Assembly (NCBI GenBank): GCA_010093815.1
Contig: ML996574.1
DNA length: 64,000 nt
Source: Pseudovirgaria hyperparasitica
Lineage: Eukaryota
Reading direction: 5' to 3' (one strand)
Shown: positions 62,364 through 64,000 of the stretch, in pieces
How positions within the stretch are numbered: the stretch's first letter is position 1
How the letters are laid out: each line of letters begins with the position of its first letter
Notes under the pieces: model-generated
Databases searched by the model: none
The model's input: the letters and a program-made list of their open reading frames with translations, nothing else
What the model was told of the DNA's origin: nothing
Program-made: the position numbers and the translations under genes

Positions 62364-64000
62364 ATGTCTCTGCGTCTTGAAATTGAGCTGGACAAGCTCG
62401 ACCCCGCGGTTCCATTTCGCGCGTCGCGTAACCACCTTCATCATACGTGGGCGCGCACTTTCTATACGTCTCCAGAGCTGTATATCCAGCCGGAATCTCT
62501 CGAAGAAGTCCTGAAAGTTGTTACGCTCGCGCGAAGATGTAGGCGCCGAGTCGTCGTCGTTGGCTGTGCGCATTCGCCGAGCGATCTGACCTGTTCGTCA
62601 TCATGGATAGTTAACTTGGACAAATACAATAACGTACTACGCGTGGACAAAGATGCGAAGACCATGACTGTACAAGGTGGAATGAGGCTGGCAGATTTCA
62701 ACAGGAGGGCCGCTGAACACGGGCTCACAATAAGGAATCTTGGGAGTATTGATGAGCAAAGTATTGTGGGCGCTATCGCGACGGCGACCCATGGCAGCTC
62801 TTTACAACATGGTCTACTCAGTCAGAATGTCAAGAGCTTGCGGATTGTTTTGGCGAACGGGGGTTCTGTGAAGTGTAGCAAGGACCATAACGAAGAGCTA
62901 TTCCGTGCGGCGCTGGTCTCTTTGGGTGCGCTGGGCATTATCGTCGAGGTAGAATTCCAACTGCGCCAAACAACGAATATCGAATGGGTGCAGTCGATTG
63001 AACCTCTATCTCTCGTCACAGGTACCTGGAATACGGACCTTTGGACACAGGCTGAATTTACACGGGTCTGGTGGTTGCCGTACTTGAAGCGTGCAATCAT
63101 ATGGCGCGCAGACACGACCACGAAACCGCGACGCGCACCTGCTAGCAACTGGTATGGCGGATCTATGGGCTACCATATATATCACAACCTGCTGTGGCTT
63201 TCAAATTATTTCCCCCGGCTTCTCCCCGCCATCGAATGGTTTGTCTTCGGCATGCAGTACGGTTTCAGAAATGGTACCACAGCGTCCGCCGTCGAGGAAA
63301 TGCGCTCTGGCTTGCTGATGAACTGCCTATATTCCCAGTTTGTCAATGAATGGGCTATTCCTCTATCCAAAGGGCTCGAAGCGATAGATCGCTTGTCTGC
63401 ATGGTTGAATGGCGACGAGGTAACGGCTGCCATCCCTTTCTCATCAGAGGGTCTCTGGGTTCATTCGCCCATCGAAGTTCGCGTTTCCGACACATCTTCA
63501 GTCTCTCCGCGTCCGTTCCTTGATCCAAGCTGCTCTTCTGAACCGACTCTCTACCTGAACGCAACGCTATATCGTCCATATCATCAAGATCCGCCCTGCC
63601 GCGAACGTTACTACGAAGCCTTCGAATATCTCATGCGCTCTCTTGGTGGCCGTCCTCACTGGGCAAAGAATTTTAACACCGTGACACAGACCGACATCCA
63701 ACGTATGTACGGTGCGGACCTGAACTCCTACCTTAAAATCCGCCAAGAAGTTGATCCAGAAGGCATGTTTGTGGGTGCATGGCACAGACGCTTACTACTC
63801 GGCTCGCAAGAAACCCTGCTCGCAAGAAACGCCCTCAGTCTCGAGGAACGTGAAGTTGCACGCGAAAGTAGAAGAGGCGGAGGTATGAAATGGTATGGTG
63901 AAGTGGTAGGCGGAAGTGAAAGCGTCCTCGGGAGTGCGACGAGTGAGGAGAGTTTTGACTTGATGCAGGGTGCCGAGGCAGAGCAGAGTATGCTTATGTC
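62364..64000 (+). CDS. ALO1: D-arabinono-1,4-lactone oxidase (partial; runs off the window)
   Basis: MSLRLEIELDKLDPAVPFRAS..TWARTF..VGCAHSPSDLTC, NLGSIDEQS..TATHGSS, SQFVNEWAIP, PIEVR, GGRPHWAKNF. Missing from the ORF track because there is no stop in the window. Confidence 0.93.
   Translation, partial: MSLRLEIELDKLDPAVPFRASRNHLHHTWARTFYTSPELYIQPESLEEVLKVVTLARRCRRRVVVVGCAHSPSDLTCSSSWIVNLDKYNNVLRVDKDAKTMTVQGGMRLADFNRRAAEHGLTIRNLGSIDEQSIVGAIATATHGSSLQHGLLSQNVKSLRIVLANGGSVKCSKDHNEELFRAALVSLGALGIIVEVEFQLRQTTNIEWVQSIEPLSLVTGTWNTDLWTQAEFTRVWWLPYLKRAIIWRADTTTKPRRAPASNWYGGSMGYHIYHNLLWLSNYFPRLLPAIEWFVFGMQYGFRNGTTASAVEEMRSGLLMNCLYSQFVNEWAIPLSKGLEAIDRLSAWLNGDEVTAAIPFSSEGLWVHSPIEVRVSDTSSVSPRPFLDPSCSSEPTLYLNATLYRPYHQDPPCRERYYEAFEYLMRSLGGRPHWAKNFNTVTQTDIQRMYGADLNSYLKIRQEVDPEGMFVGAWHRRLLLGSQETLLARNALSLEEREVARESRRGGGMKWYGEVVGGSESVLGSATSEESFDLMQGAEAEQSMLM

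Overview
Gene-dense euchromatic window from a filamentous ascomycete (Pezizomycotina), judged from short GT-AG introns with CTRAC/CTAAY branch sites. About 24 spliced or single-exon protein genes can be modelled by hand. They include two single-pass Cys-rich/cupredoxin membrane proteins, a HERP/Usa1-like UBL protein, BNI4, an MFS transporter, a QDE-1-type RNA-dependent RNA polymerase, TCTP, SUR2, APC4, the Rag GTPase GTR2, a cytochrome-b5-like protein, RPS25, OMP decarboxylase, an M43 protease, PAN3, a UBX protein, GH27, PSD1, an H1-like protein, a GH13_5 amylase and a partial ALO1. I see no CRISPR array, intact transposon, rRNA or biosynthetic cluster, and I cannot demonstrate a new multi-gene system. 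The best leads are four. (1) A ~10-copy 17-20 bp tandem array just 3' of the QDE-1-like RdRP. (2) A probable ATG-GAG micro-exon plus a ~1.17 kb first intron in GTR2 that contains a GC-rich long-range stem with two alternative registers. (3) A cryptic three-exon small gene at 16158-16651. (4) A decayed tRNA-like relic in an orphan-containing patch at 44-46 kb. All gene identities come from remembered family motifs, not database searches.
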